From Vulcanimicrobiota bacterium (GTDB lineage: Bacteria; Vulcanimicrobiota; Vulcanimicrobiia; Vulcanimicrobiales; Vulcanimicrobiaceae), in the NCBI GenBank assembly GCA_963833095.1, contig CAWHWQ010000001.1:416001-480000 (forward strand): DNA of 64,000 nt, given 5' to 3'. Each line of letters begins with the position of its first letter. Within the stretch, counting starts at the first letter, position 1. Positions 29,850-41,001 of this stretch are shown here, one piece after another. The position numbers were made by a program, and so were the translations under genes. Under the pieces are notes generated by a model. That model was not told the origin of the DNA. It did not search any database and worked only from the letters and a program-made list of their open reading frames with translations.

Positions 29850-31976
29850 CGGCGCGGTTTGGCCGACGGTTTTGGCGTCGGTGCAGACGAGGGCGAATCC
29901 AGCGGAACGTAGTGGGTGCCGTCGCCGACGCTATCCGGTGGCGGCGTCGCCGCAGCGCTCGACGGCGGATCGGTCGCGGCCGGAGCATTAACGGCATCCT
30001 GCGCCGTTTGCCGCGTTCCGCATCCGCCCACCGACGGTTGCGTGCCAATCAAGTAGTAATCCATACCGCCCGAGCAGCCTGCGACGCGCACCACTTGGTC
30101 GGCGGGCATCGTGAAGTCGTGTTTGGCAACGCCCGCCAGCGCCTGCTTCATGAAACGCGCCCAGATCCGCGCCGGGATGTCGCCGCCGTAAGCCTCGTTC
30201 ATGCGCGTGTAGTCGTCGTTGCCGATCCACACCGCGGTGACGAGATCGGGCGTGTAGCCGACGAACCAGGCGTCGCGGAAGTCCGAGGTCGTGCCGGTCT
30301 TGCCGGCCGCCGGGCGCCCGATGATCGCGTTCGGATAGCCGGTGCCGTTGTTGATGACGTCTTCCAGCATCGACGTCACGATATATGCGGTGCCCGCGCT
30401 CGACGACTTCGGTCGCCTGCGGATAGCGGTCGTCGAGCACGGCGCTGCCGAGCGAATCTTTCACGATGCGGATCGGCGTCGGATCGATGTGGATCCCTGA
30501 TTGGCGAGCGTCGCAGTAACCCGCTGGCCTGATCGAGCGGCGACACCACCGACGAACCGAGCGCGAGCGAGAGATTCGGCTCGAGCGGCTGCGTGACGCC
30601 CATGCGGTGCGCGTAGTCGATCACCTTGTCGAGCCCGACGCGGTCGGCCAGCTTGACCGCGACGACGTTGCGCGAGAGCGTCGAGCGCCGTGCGCAGCGT
30701 GACCGCGCCCATGTAGCGGCCGTCGTCGTCGTTCGGCGACCAGCTCGTGCCGTCGCCCATCGGATAGCTCACCGGCGAGTCGTCGATCGTAGTGGTCGGC
30801 GGCATGCCCGAGTCGATCGCCGCGGTGTAAACGTACACTTTGAACGACGAGCCGGGTTGGCGGTGCGCCTGCCACGCGCGATTGAACTGATTCTCGAGCG
30901 AGAAGTTCGTGCCGCCGACCATCGCCACGATCTCGCCGGTCGACGGACGGATCGAGACCAGCGCCGCCTCGTGCGCGTCGATGCCCTCAGGCCTTTGCTT
31001 GCGCGACGCCCCAGTCGACGGCATTCTTGCGCTTCTTCCTGCATGCGCGGATCGAGCGTCGTGTAGACCTGCAGGCCGCCCTCTTCCACTGCCTGCTTGC
31101 CGAACAGCGCTCGAGCTGCGCGATCACGTACGTCGTGAAGTACGGATAGAGATAGCCTTGCAATCCCGGCGCGCGTTCGCTTGGTGAGGCCCGAGCGGCG
31201 CGTCTGCGGCCTCTCGGCTTGCGTCTTGCGTGATGTAGCCGCTCTCGACCATGCGATCGAGCACGTGGTGCTGCCGGTCGCGCGCAAGCGCAAGATTGAC
31301 GAACGGCGAGTAGTCCGACGGCGCGGCGATGACGCCGGCGAGCATCGCCGCCTGCGCCGACGCTGAGTCTTATCGACGCTCTCGCCGAAGTAGGTGTGCG
31401 CCGCGGCATCGACGCCGTACGCGCCCGCCCCGAGGTAGATGATGTTGAGATAGCGCTCGAGGATTTCGTCTTTGGTGTAGTAGCGCTCGATCTCGATCGC
31501 GAGCAGCGCTTCTTGAATCTTGCGCGAGATCGAGACTTCGTCGTTGAGGAAGAGCTTGCGCGCGAGCTGCTGCGTGATCGTCGACGCGCCTTGAAATTCT
31601 TGGTGCGTCAGGTCGGCGAACGCCGGCGCGCACGATGCCGCCGAAATCGACGCCGTGGTGGTGGTAGAAATTGTGATCTTCGTTGGCGATGAACGGCTTG
31701 CTGCACCACACGGCGGGATGCGCGCGAGCGGCACGCAGATGCGGTTCTCTTTGTATACCGAGGCGAGCAGCGAGCCGTCGCGCGCGAAGATGCGCGTCGA
31801 GCTCGCGGGTTGATAGTCCGCCATCCGGCTGATGTCGGGGAGGTTGCGCGAGTACGCCGCGACGATGCCGGCGACCATGCCGGCGCCGAACAGCACGAGC
31901 AACAAGGCAACGATCAGTGCGCCACGCAGCCAGCTCGTTCGCCGGCCGTCCGGCGCCTTACGCTTCGACGTTTCAT
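29846..31976 (-). CDS. Class A penicillin-binding protein, PBP1A family (heavily frameshifted)
   Basis: EDHNFYHHHGVD, GASTITQQLA, RKIQE, ILERYLN, RQPGSSFK, KTGT, DAWFVGY. Confidence 0.9.
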
Positions 31977-32363
31977 TCGCGACAGCATTCAGTACGCCGT
32001 TGACGAATCGGTTCGAATCTTCGGTCGAGAAACTCTTGGCGAGCTCGACCGCTTCGTTGATCGCCACTGCGCGCGGCGTTTCGGCCGATGGCGCAGTTCG
32101 AACGCGCCCATCTGCAACACCAAGCGATCGATCGTGGGCAGGCGTTCGATCGTCCAGCCCTCCAGCAGCGGCGCCGACAAGAGGTCGGCCTCATCGGCAT
32201 GGTCGAGCGTGCCGAAGACGAGATCTTTCACGAAGGCCCGGTACTCGGTGTCGCCGCCGTCGCCGACGATCTCGGTCAGCGCGTCGCCCGGCTCGCGGTG
32301 CCCGACGGCGACCGCGTACAGCGCTTGCAGGGCCGGCTCGCGGCCTTGTCTACTTGTAGGCAT
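31960..32363 (-). CDS. nusB: Transcription antitermination factor NusB (frameshifted; end approximate)
   Basis: RE.ALQALY, WTIERLPTIDR, AINEAVELAK, FVNGVL. Confidence 0.9.
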
Positions 32364-33786
32364 TAGTTTGCACTCGGGGGCCCCACGGGCTTTGCCTGTG
32401 AGGGGCGCGCAGCCGAAGCGCCGTTTAAACTCTCGGGGGCCGCCGATTGCGCAAGCAATATGGGGAGGAAACCGATATCGTAGCGGCCCTCGCGGAACTG
32501 CGGCGTCGCCAAGATGTCGAGACAATAGGCGATCGTCGTGTTTACGCCTTCGATGACGGTTTCGCGCAGCGCGCGTTCCATGCGCGCGATCGCGGCCTCG
32601 CGCGTCGCGCCGAACGCGACGATCTTCGCGATCATCGAATCGTAGTACGGCGGGACGACGGCGCCCGAAAATACGTGCGTGTCGACGCGCACGCCGGGGC
32701 CGCCCGGGAAGACGACCGCGTCAAGGTGCCGGCCTGCGGCGCGAAGTTGTTGTAGGGATCTTCTGCGTTGATGCGGCACTCGATCGCGTGGCCGCGCAGC
32801 GCGAGATCGGCTTGAATGTAGCCCAGCGGCTCACCCGCCGCGATGCGGATCTGCTCTTTCACGAGATCGACGCCATAAACCATCTCGGTCACCGGATGCT
32901 CGACTTGGATGCGCGTGTTCATCTCCATGAAGTAGACGTCATTGCCGCTCACCAGAAACTCGAGCGTGCCCGCGTTGGTGTAGTCGCACGTGCTTGCAGG
33001 CGCGCACCGCCATATCGAGCAGCGCGGCGCGCACGGAATCGGAAAGATGCGGCGCCGGCGATTCTTCGATCAGCTTTTGATGCGAGGGCTTCTGGACCGA
33101 ACAATCGCGCTCGCCGAGGTGCACGACGTTGCCGAACTCGTCGGCCGAGCACTTGGACCTCGATGTGGCGCGGATCGATGATCAGTTTTTCCATGTAAAC
33201 GCGGCCGTCTTTGAAGCTCGCTTCGGCTTCGGCCGTCGCGCTGGCGTAGGCGCGTTCCAGTCTCGTGGGCGTTCTCGACCACGCGCATGCCCTTGCCGCC
33301 GCCGCCGGCGGTCGCTTTGAGCAGGACCGGATAGCCGATCTCCCCGGCCTCGCGCAGCGCCTCGTCGACCGATTCGAGAATGTCGGTGCCCGGCGTCGTC
33401 GCGACACCGGCTTCGTGCATCACGCGCTTCGCCGTCGCCTTGTCGCCCATCGCCGCGATCACGTCGGGTCTCGGACCGATGAAGGTCAGCCCGTGATCGG
33501 CGCAGATCTCCGCGAAACCGCGCGTTCTCGGCCAGAAAGCCGTAGCCCGGATGGATCGCATCGCAGCCCGTGATCAGCGCCGTCGAAATGATATTCGGGA
33601 TGTTGAGGTAGGAGCGCGGACCGGGCCGGGCCCGACGCAGAACGCTTCGTCGGCTTGGCGCACGTGCAGCGACTCGCGATCGGCCTCGGAGAAAATCGCG
33701 ACCGTGCGCACGCCCAGCTCTTGGCATGCGCGGTTGATCCGCAGCGCGATCTCGCCGCGATTGGCGATGAGAACCTTCGTGAAAAT
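32363..33786 (-). CDS. accC: Acetyl-CoA carboxylase biotin carboxylase subunit (frameshifted; apparent ATT start)
   Basis: [58 protein letters not shown]. Confidence 0.93.
32376..32429 (+). repeat. Structured dispersed repeat, family B, copy 2 (inside the accC 3' end)
   Basis: GGGGGCCCC-hairpin-GGGGCGCGCAGCCGAAGCGCCGTTTAAA. Confidence 0.65.
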
Positions 33787-33798
33787 GCTTTACGTCCT

Positions 33799-34220
33799 TT
33801 ATCCGCGATCGACTCGAAGAGTGCCGACCCATATTCGACGGGCTCGCCGTCGCCTCGTCTGATCGTCACGATGCGCCCCGAACCGTGACTGCGCACCGGG
33901 TTGCGGATGCCAAGCGCCTCGATGAAGGCGAGCTCTCGATCGCTCTCGAGCAGGTCGCCTTCCGACGGCGACGGCCGGCTCAAGTGGAAGATTCCCACGA
34001 GGTCCGCCTTGATAAGATCGGCACGGACCGGGTGCGCGTCGAGCGCTGTCAGGTCGTGCGGGATCTCCGGGACCAGGTCGGGATGGAGCGCGCGCCGCCC
34101 GAGCTCGATCTCTTCGCCATCGCGTTCGATCCGCAGCCGCAGGAGATCGGTCTCCGCCAACAGCTCGGCCAAGGCGCGGACGTGCCGGGCGGCCGGGGGG
34201 ATGGGGTACTCGTCGGGCAT
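33799..34220 (-). CDS. Biotin carboxyl carrier protein (AccB)-like protein lacking the biotinylated lysine
   Basis: [37 protein letters not shown]; directly upstream of accC. Confidence 0.8.
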
Positions 34221-34297
34221 CGGCGCTACGCTTTCGCCCTCCCGGGCGATCCCTCCGGCTCTGGCGCAATTTCCGATTTAGGCCGATGATATAAGGG

Positions 34298-36092
34298 ATG
34301 GCGACACTGGTTCTGTATCCGCACGACCGACCTCGGTGAACTGCCCCTGCTCTTGGGAACGTGGGCGTTTCGGTCCATGCGGTGGATTTCAAACGGCTGC
34401 GCGAACGCGGCGGATTAAAAGCGCTCGGCGCTCCTCCGGCCAGCGCTATCATCGTGTTGCCCCGCAGCATTTCGCCCTCGCTTGGCTCGCCGACGAGCCC
34501 GAGGTCGTGGCAATCATCCACCCGCCGGTGACGGGCTCCTCGCTGCTCGCGGCGCTGCGGACCGCCGCCGAATCGAGACAGCGCGGACGCTTACGCGCAC
34601 TGCGCGAGAAGGCGGAGAGCTGCTCGGGATCGCGCGCTCGCTCTCGTCCGAGCGCGACCTCCCGACGCTGCAACGCTTGATCGTGCATAAGGCCCGCGAG
34701 TTGACCTTCGCGGATGCCGGCAGCTTGTTCGTGATCGAAGAGCGCGACGGTGAGAAGCGCTTGCGTTTTGCCGTCGCACAGACCGGTCCAAAGGACGACG
34801 GCGTTCTGATGGACGCGATGCTCCCGCTCGCAACGACGTCGATCGTCGGCTACGTCTCGGTGACGGGCAACGCCGTGCGCATCGAGGACGCCTACGCGAT
34901 CCCTGAGACGTCGCCCTATCAGTTCAATCGCGCGTTCGACGACACGAACAAGTATCGAACGAAATCCATCCTGTGCGTGCCGATGCGCAACCTGCCGGTG
35001 ACGATCGGCGCAATTCAGCTCATCAACAACAAGCCGAGTTTTGATATCGTGCTCGAATCGCCGGCGCATACCGAAGAGGTCGTCCGCCCCTATGATCCAC
35101 ACGACGAACGGCTGCTCACGGCGCTTGCTTCGCAAGCCGCCGTCGCTATGGAAAATGCGCGGCTCGTCGATGCGATTCAAAATTTGTTCGAACGATTCGT
35201 CCATGCCTCGGTCAAGGCGATCGAAGTACGCGACAAGTCGACGCAAGGCCACTCCGAACGAGTCGCTGCGCTCACCGTGGCGCAAGCCGAAGCGATCAAC
35301 ACGATCGAATCGGGCCCGCTCGCCGGTTTGCACTTTACGACCGAGCAAATCCGCGAAGTACGCTACGCTTCACTCTTGCACGACTTCGGCAAAGTCGCCG
35401 TGCCCGAATACATTTTTGCCAAGGCGAAAAAATTGCCCGACGGGCGGCTCGACACGATTCGTCTGCGCTTCTTGCTCGCGCTCGAACAGGCGCGTAACAA
35501 AGACGACAAAGAGTTGCTGCGCGAGTTGCTGGCCAAAGTCGAAGGTGCCAACGAACCAAACGTCGTAGGCGAGGCGGGCGACGAAACGCTCTTGCGCGCG
35601 ATGGAACGTCGCTATCGCGATACCGACGGTCCGCGCCCGCTGCTCGATCAAGCAGAATACAGCTATCTCACGATTCCGCGCGGTTCGCTCTCCGACGACG
35701 AGCGCAATCGTATGCAGGAGCACGTCACGCAGTCGTTTCTGTTCTTACGCGAGATCCCGTGGCAAGAAACGCCCTGGCGCGACGTCGCGGACTTGGCTTA
35801 CGGCCACCACGAGCATCTCGACGGCACCGGCTATCCGCGCAAGCTCAAAGGCGAGGCGATCAAGCCACAGGTGCGCATGATGACGATCAGCGACGTATTC
35901 GATGCGCTCACCGCATCGGACCGGCCCTACAAGAAAGGCATGTCGACCGAACGCGCGCTCGACATTTTATCCAAGGAATTTGCCCAACGCGGCAAGGTTG
36001 ATCCGTTACTGCTCGACGTCTTCATTCACAAACGCCTGTACGAAGTTACCAATCGCGAAGACAATAATCCACTGATAAAACACGTTTCGTAA
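34298..36092 (+). CDS. GAF + HD-GYP c-di-GMP phosphodiesterase (5' end frameshifted)
   Basis: GAF (FD...YRTKSILCVPM), GHSERV, HDFGK, HHEHLDGTGYP, DVFDALT, RPYK. Confidence 0.9.
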
Positions 36093-36116
36093 TTTCATCG
36101 TCGGAGGGTGTCTACG

Positions 36117-37103
36117 ATGAACCCTGCGAAGTTCGCAGCAATTTCAATTGCTGCACTCCTTCTCGCAGCCTGTGGCGGGTCGCTCGCGCCTGCGCCCGCG
36201 CCAACCGTCGCGTTCGCCCCGCTCGCCTTGCCAACGCCGCAATTTTCGCCCGGCATCACACTGCCGACCGGCATCGTCGCGAACCTCATCACCGCAAGCA
36301 GCGTCGAGACCAGCGGCGCGACCGTCGGCGCACTCTCCAACAACGGCGTGTGGACCGCGATCACCTACCCATCGGCGACGTCGACTGCTGCCTACGGCCC
36401 TGCGGTAACCGCAACCGGGTATCGCGTGGTCGGCAGCTATAAGATGCCTGGAGCACCGTACGCGTTCGACAACGCATTCTACTACGACTCGGCGAGCAAC
36501 ACATTTACGACGATCGATCCGCCCCCAAGCTTTTGCGCGCCGAGCCTGTGCAACGAAGTGATCGCACACAGCAGCTACGGCACGACGCTCTTTGAAATTG
36601 TCGGGAACTGCGATGCGGTTAGCGGCGCCCCCCTGCCGCTAGCCTACTCGGTGACGGCAAATGCGTTTCTTTATACGCCGGCGACGAACACCTACGCGCT
36701 GATCAACATGCCAAATGCGATCAGCACGACCGCCTATGGTATATGGATCGATAGCGATACGGTGGTTGCCGGTGGGTTCACCGACACGAAGGGCACCCAC
36801 GGGTACGTGCGCGGACTGGTGAGCGGCAACGTCATCGCCTACGACTATCCCGGTGCCGGCATCACGCACTTCGAAGGCGTTACCGGCGCGGGCAGCACGG
36901 GTAACTACAATCTCGCCGGCAATTACAGCAGCGCCGCGCCGGGATCCACCGTCTATGGATTCTTTTTGCCCGTGCGCAATTGGACGTTCGGTTCGCCGAT
37001 CGTTCTCGGAGCGGTGAGCGCAAACTCCGTGTATCAGCAGACGGTCGTCGGCGTCATGCCGTCGGGAACGTCCTCGACCGGCTACGTCGCTACCGTTCCA
37101 TAA
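36117..37103 (+). CDS. Hypothetical lipoprotein, beta-rich
   Basis: Lipobox LLAAC; repeated (Y/M)P.A.ST.AYG units. Confidence 0.75.
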   Translation: MNPAKFAAISIAALLLAACGGSLAPAPAPTVAFAPLALPTPQFSPGITLPTGIVANLITASSVETSGATVGALSNNGVWTAITYPSATSTAAYGPAVTATGYRVVGSYKMPGAPYAFDNAFYYDSASNTFTTIDPPPSFCAPSLCNEVIAHSSYGTTLFEIVGNCDAVSGAPLPLAYSVTANAFLYTPATNTYALINMPNAISTTAYGIWIDSDTVVAGGFTDTKGTHGYVRGLVSGNVIAYDYPGAGITHFEGVTGAGSTGNYNLAGNYSSAAPGSTVYGFFLPVRNWTFGSPIVLGAVSANSVYQQTVVGVMPSGTSSTGYVATVP

Positions 37104-37554
37104 CCGAAACACCGGCGAGCGCACCCTCACTGAGCGCATCGCGCATCGTTGCATACTGCGAAGCGATTTCCGCCAACGGTACCAGAGCGAAGGCCCGCTC
37201 GTGGAGACGGGGGTGCGGGATCACGAGATCGCCGTCATCGATCTCTTCGTCACCGAACACAAGGATGTCGAAGTCGATGCGCCGCGGCCCCCAGCGTTCG
37301 CCCTCCTCGGCGCGACCCAGCTCACTTTCGAGCCACTTGAGCGCATGGAGCAGCGGGCGTGGGCGCAGCTTCGTGTCGAGCGCGACGACCGCGTTGACGA
37401 ACTCAGGCTGGTCGGTTTTTCCCCACGGCGCCGTGCGATAGAGTGAAGAAACGGCGACCACCTCGCCGACCGCGCGCAGCGCGTCGATTGCGCTTCGAAC
37501 TTGGCCCGCCGGCTCGTCGAGATTCGAACCGACGCCGATGTATGCGCGAATCAC
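37090..37554 (-). CDS. folK: 2-amino-4-hydroxy-6-hydroxymethyldihydropteridine diphosphokinase
   Basis: YIGVGSNL, QPEFVNAV, WGPRRIDFDIL, PHPR, RAFAL. Confidence 0.95.
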   Translation of the reverse strand: MIRAYIGVGSNLDEPAGQVRSAIDALRAVGEVVAVSSLYRTAPWGKTDQPEFVNAVVALDTKLRPRPLLHALKWLESELGRAEEGERWGPRRIDFDILVFGDEEIDDGDLVIPHPRLHERAFALVPLAEIASQYATMRDALSEGALAGVSVMER

Positions 37555-37910
37555 GGCCAGGGTTCGCGCTGCCTTACCAAACGGACTGACGGCGTCGCGC
37601 CGCCTAGTAAACCAGGTTTGGCGATCGAGACATCCGCGCACGCGATGCGGTCGTCGGCGGCCACCTCATCCAGAATCACGGCTGCCAACCGTTCGAGAAG
37701 CGCGTACGAATGCGTCTGGACGATCTCTACGACGCGCCGGTAAACGTCAGCATAGTCAAGCGTATCCGCCAGATCGTCACTTGCCGCGGCGCGCGAAAGG
37801 TCGAGCTGCAACACGAGATCGATTCGCAACGTCTGGGGCTGCTCGCGCTCCTGTGCGTAGGCTCCGTGCCGTCCCTGCGCGATGATGTCGTGAAGAACTA
37901 TCCGATCCAT
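37551..37910 (-). CDS. folB: Dihydroneopterin aldolase
   Basis: HG...ER...Q, SDDLADTLDY, LLE, KP. Confidence 0.93.
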   Translation of the reverse strand: MDRIVLHDIIAQGRHGAYAQEREQPQTLRIDLVLQLDLSRAAASDDLADTLDYADVYRRVVEIVQTHSYALLERLAAVILDEVAADDRIACADVSIAKPGLLGGATPSVRLVRQREPWP

Positions 37911-38725
37911 CCGGTCGGCCTCCAATCCCGCACGATCGCATCGGAAACGCTGATCACGTCGCGGTTTTGCGCCACGTCGTGCACGCGCACGACGTCGATA
38001 CCTGCCGCGATGCCCAGCGCGGTCGTCGCCGCCGTGCCGTAAATCCGCTCGTGCGCCTCACGACCGGTCAGTTTGCCGATCGTGGATTTTCGTGATGTGC
38101 CGAGCAGCGTCGGAAAACCGAGCTCGCAGATACGATCCAGGCTTCGCAGTAAGCGAATGTTGTGGTTGGGCGTCTTGCCGAATCCGATACCAGGGTCGAG
38201 CATTATCCGTTCGGGTCCGATGCCGCAGCGGAGCGCGCGCTCCGCGCAATCGCGTAGGAACGCGGTCACGGCATCGACCACGTCTTCGTCGTAGTGCGTT
38301 CCAGCCTGGTTGTGCATTACCGCGATCGGCATTTCGAGGTCAGCCGCGACCGCGAGCAGATCTTCGGGTGCCCCCCACACGGAATTGATCATGTCGGCAC
38401 CGGCCGCGTGCGCCGCGCGGGCAACGGCGGTCTTATACGTGTCGACGGAGATCACGGCATTGCGCAGACGCTCGCGCACACCCGCAATCACCGGCACCAC
38501 GCGCGCCAGTTCCGTCGCTTCGTCTACCGGCGCGTGACCGGGACGCGTCGATTCCCCGCCGATGTCAAGCATGTCCGCGCCCGCATTCCACTGGCGCACG
38601 GCATAGTCGATCGCCGCCTCTATTTGCGTGCGTCCGTCGCCGGAAAATGAATCCGGCGTCACATTGACGATCGCCATCAGGTACGTCCGTTCGCCCCACG
38701 CGAAGCTGCGCCCACGAAGGCGCAT
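37898..38725 (-). CDS. folP: Dihydropteroate synthase
   Basis: NVTPDSFSGDG, DIGGESTRPG, DPGIGFGK, SRKS, RVHDV. Confidence 0.96.
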   Translation of the reverse strand: MRLRGRSFAWGERTYLMAIVNVTPDSFSGDGRTQIEAAIDYAVRQWNAGADMLDIGGESTRPGHAPVDEATELARVVPVIAGVRERLRNAVISVDTYKTAVARAAHAAGADMINSVWGAPEDLLAVAADLEMPIAVMHNQAGTHYDEDVVDAVTAFLRDCAERALRCGIGPERIMLDPGIGFGKTPNHNIRLLRSLDRICELGFPTLLGTSRKSTIGKLTGREAHERIYGTAATTALGIAAGIDVVRVHDVAQNRDVISVSDAIVRDWRPTGWIG

Positions 38726-40032
38726 CACGCCGCGACCAGCCACCATTCCCGCAATGCCGCAACTAAGAAGGTCGAACCCGTAACGACGATCACGTCGTTT
38801 GCCGCGGCGCTGCGCCGCGCGACCGAGAGCGCCTCGACGGCATCGCCCACGCAGCGGCCCCACGTTCCGATCGACTCGGCAATCCGCAACAGCCGCATGG
38901 GGTTGGTGGCTTCGCGACCAGCCGTGTCGAAAGTGGTAAAGACGAAATTTGCCGGAAGGCTCGCAAGCGTTCGCAAAATCTCGGCGGCATCTTTGCTCGC
39001 GCCAATTGCCACGACGAAGGTGAAGTGACGATCTTCGTAGCGTTCCCGCAACGAGCGGACGAGCTGCTCGGCCTTCTCCACGTTGTGCGCGATATCAAAG
39101 ACCAGCGTCGGATGTCCGGGATACACCTCCATGCGCCCAGGTATCAACAAATCGGCGAACGCGCCTTCGATCTGCGCGGCGCTCGGGCGGAGCGCCTCGG
39201 GCAACGTCTCCATCGTGGCGATGGCGGTTGCCGCGTTGCGTCGCTGAAATGATCCAAGCATCCGCGTCTCGATGGTATAGCGCGCATGCGGCGTTACGAC
39301 GTCGAAGTGCTGCGCCTCGCGCTCCATGCGTATGTTGTCGACGACAACGGCATCCTGGCGCGCATCGACCAGCGGCGCGCCGACCTGCCGCGCTTGATCG
39401 GCGATCACCTCGAAGGCCGCGGCATCCTCAACCGCCACGACCAGCGGCACGCCGGGCTTGGCGATGCCGGCCTTTTCGAGCGCAATCTCTTCGATGGAGT
39501 CGCCCAGAACGTCGGTATGGTCAAGCCCCACCGACGTAATCGCCGCCACCACCGGGACAAGAACGTTGGTGCCGTCGAGCCGGCCGCCGAGCCCCACCTC
39601 GACCACCGCAACGTCGACCTTCTCTTGCGCAAAGTAGAGCAGCGTGAGCGCGAGCAACGTTTCGTAATAGGTTGGACGCCCGTGCGCCTGCGCGGTTCGC
39701 TCGATCGCCGGCATCATCTCATCGAGTAACGCTGCGAAGCGCTCTTCGCTTACCGCGGCGTCGTCGATTCGCGCGCGTTCAGTCATCGAACGCAAGTGCG
39801 GCTTGGTATGCAAACCGGTGCGTTTCCCGCTGCGCGTGAGCGCTGCGGCAATCATCATCGACGTCGAACCCTTCCCGCTCGTTCCGCCAACATGCACCGT
39901 CGGATACCGGTCTTGCGGATCGCCGAGCTCGTGCATGAAGGCGCGCATGCGTTCGAGCCGGTACGGCATCCGCCGCGAAACCGTTTCGTTGATAGTGGCG
40001 AGCAGATACCCTTGGGCTGCTTCGAAATCCAT
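38725..40032 (-). CDS. folC: Folylpolyglutamate synthase/dihydrofolate synthase
   Basis: HVGGTSGKGST, EVGLGGRLDGTN, DH, EKAGI, PGRME, DIAHN, TGS. Confidence 0.95.
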   Translation of the reverse strand: MDFEAAQGYLLATINETVSRRMPYRLERMRAFMHELGDPQDRYPTVHVGGTSGKGSTSMMIAAALTRSGKRTGLHTKPHLRSMTERARIDDAAVSEERFAALLDEMMPAIERTAQAHGRPTYYETLLALTLLYFAQEKVDVAVVEVGLGGRLDGTNVLVPVVAAITSVGLDHTDVLGDSIEEIALEKAGIAKPGVPLVVAVEDAAAFEVIADQARQVGAPLVDARQDAVVVDNIRMEREAQHFDVVTPHARYTIETRMLGSFQRRNAATAIATMETLPEALRPSAAQIEGAFADLLIPGRMEVYPGHPTLVFDIAHNVEKAEQLVRSLRERYEDRHFTFVVAIGASKDAAEILRTLASLPANFVFTTFDTAGREATNPMRLLRIAESIGTWGRCVGDAVEALSVARRSAAANDVIVVTGSTFLVAALREWWLVAA

Positions 40033-40043
40033 GAAGGTGGCCT

Positions 40044-40526
40044 TCAGCCGTCCGTTACGCGGTCGGCGAGCAGTTCGAGCGCATGCGGCAAGACTGGCAA
40101 GATGACGCCGAGCGACTCGGCCACCGCTTTGGGGCTCCCCGGAAGGTTGACGATTAGCGTGCGATGGCGCACGCCCGCGATCGCCCGCGAGAGCATCGCC
40201 GTGCGCACGATCGGTATGCTCGCCGCGCGGATCGCCTCCGCGATCCCCGGCACTTCGAAGTCGAGAACTGCGGACGTGGCCTGCGGCGTGCGGTCGCGCG
40301 AGGAGAGTCCCGTGCCGCCGCTCGTGAGGATCAGCGCTGCTGCGCCGCTATCGGCAAGGTCGATTAGCTCTGCCTGCAGCGCACCGGGGTCGTCGGGCAA
40401 AATCAATGCGCGCACGATGTCGTAGCCCGCGCCGAGGTGATCTCGCATCACGGGTAGGCAGCCATCCTCGCGGCTTCCATCGGCCGCCCGGTCCGAAAGT
40501 ACGATGAGCGCGGTGCTAAAGGGCAC
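40044..40526 (-). CDS. MogA/MoaB family molybdenum cofactor biosynthesis protein
   Basis: SDR, TSGGTGLSSRDRTP, AMLSR, NLPGSPKA. Confidence 0.92.
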   Translation of the reverse strand: MPFSTALIVLSDRAADGSREDGCLPVMRDHLGAGYDIVRALILPDDPGALQAELIDLADSGAAALILTSGGTGLSSRDRTPQATSAVLDFEVPGIAEAIRAASIPIVRTAMLSRAIAGVRHRTLIVNLPGSPKAVAESLGVILPVLPHALELLADRVTDG

Positions 40527-40977
40527 TCTTACCGCCGGTCTTCGAGAGCAAGCGCACGTTCTCGACCACGATGCCCTTATCAACGGCCTTCGTCATATCG
40601 TAGATCGTTAGCGCTGCGATGCTTGCGGCCACCATGGCCTCCATCTCAACGCCTGTCTGAGCGCTCGTGGTCGCCTCGGCCTCGATGCGCAGCACCTCGT
40701 CGTCCTGCCATGCGAAGCTCACGTCCACGCGCGCGAGCGGCAGCGGATGCGCAAGCGGTATCAAGGCGGCCGTCTGCTTTGCCGCCATGATGCCGGCAAC
40801 TTGCGCGGCAACGAATGCATCGCCCTTCGGCAGCGTCGCGTCGCGCAGCGCCCGGGCTGCCTGCGGACTCATCCGCACCAGCGCCTGCGCGCGCGCGGTG
40901 CGCGCCGTGACGGGTTTATTGGAAACATCCACCATGGAAATGCGGCCGTCGGCCAGGATATGTGAGGGTTTCTGCAC
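40516..40977 (-). CDS. moaC: Cyclic pyranopterin monophosphate synthase
   Basis: MVDVSNK, KGD, AGIMAAK, LIPLAH, TGVEMEA, IYDM, KTGGKS. Confidence 0.95.
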   Translation of the reverse strand: MQKPSHILADGRISMVDVSNKPVTARTARAQALVRMSPQAARALRDATLPKGDAFVAAQVAGIMAAKQTAALIPLAHPLPLARVDVSFAWQDDEVLRIEAEATTSAQTGVEMEAMVAASIAALTIYDMTKAVDKGIVVENVRLLSKTGGKSAL

Positions 40978-41001
40978 GGCTTTATGTAAACGGCGTAGGG
41001 A

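Noticed and set aside
30769..32067. Apparent NusB-PBP1A fusion ORF
   Set aside because: Error-rich block; an out-of-frame ATG at 31976 and nearby stops explain it with a single indel
33486..34220. Extended 244-aa AccB-like ORF running into accC
   Set aside because: One missing base near 33813 restores an LFEIDRG-type end at the TAA at 33799
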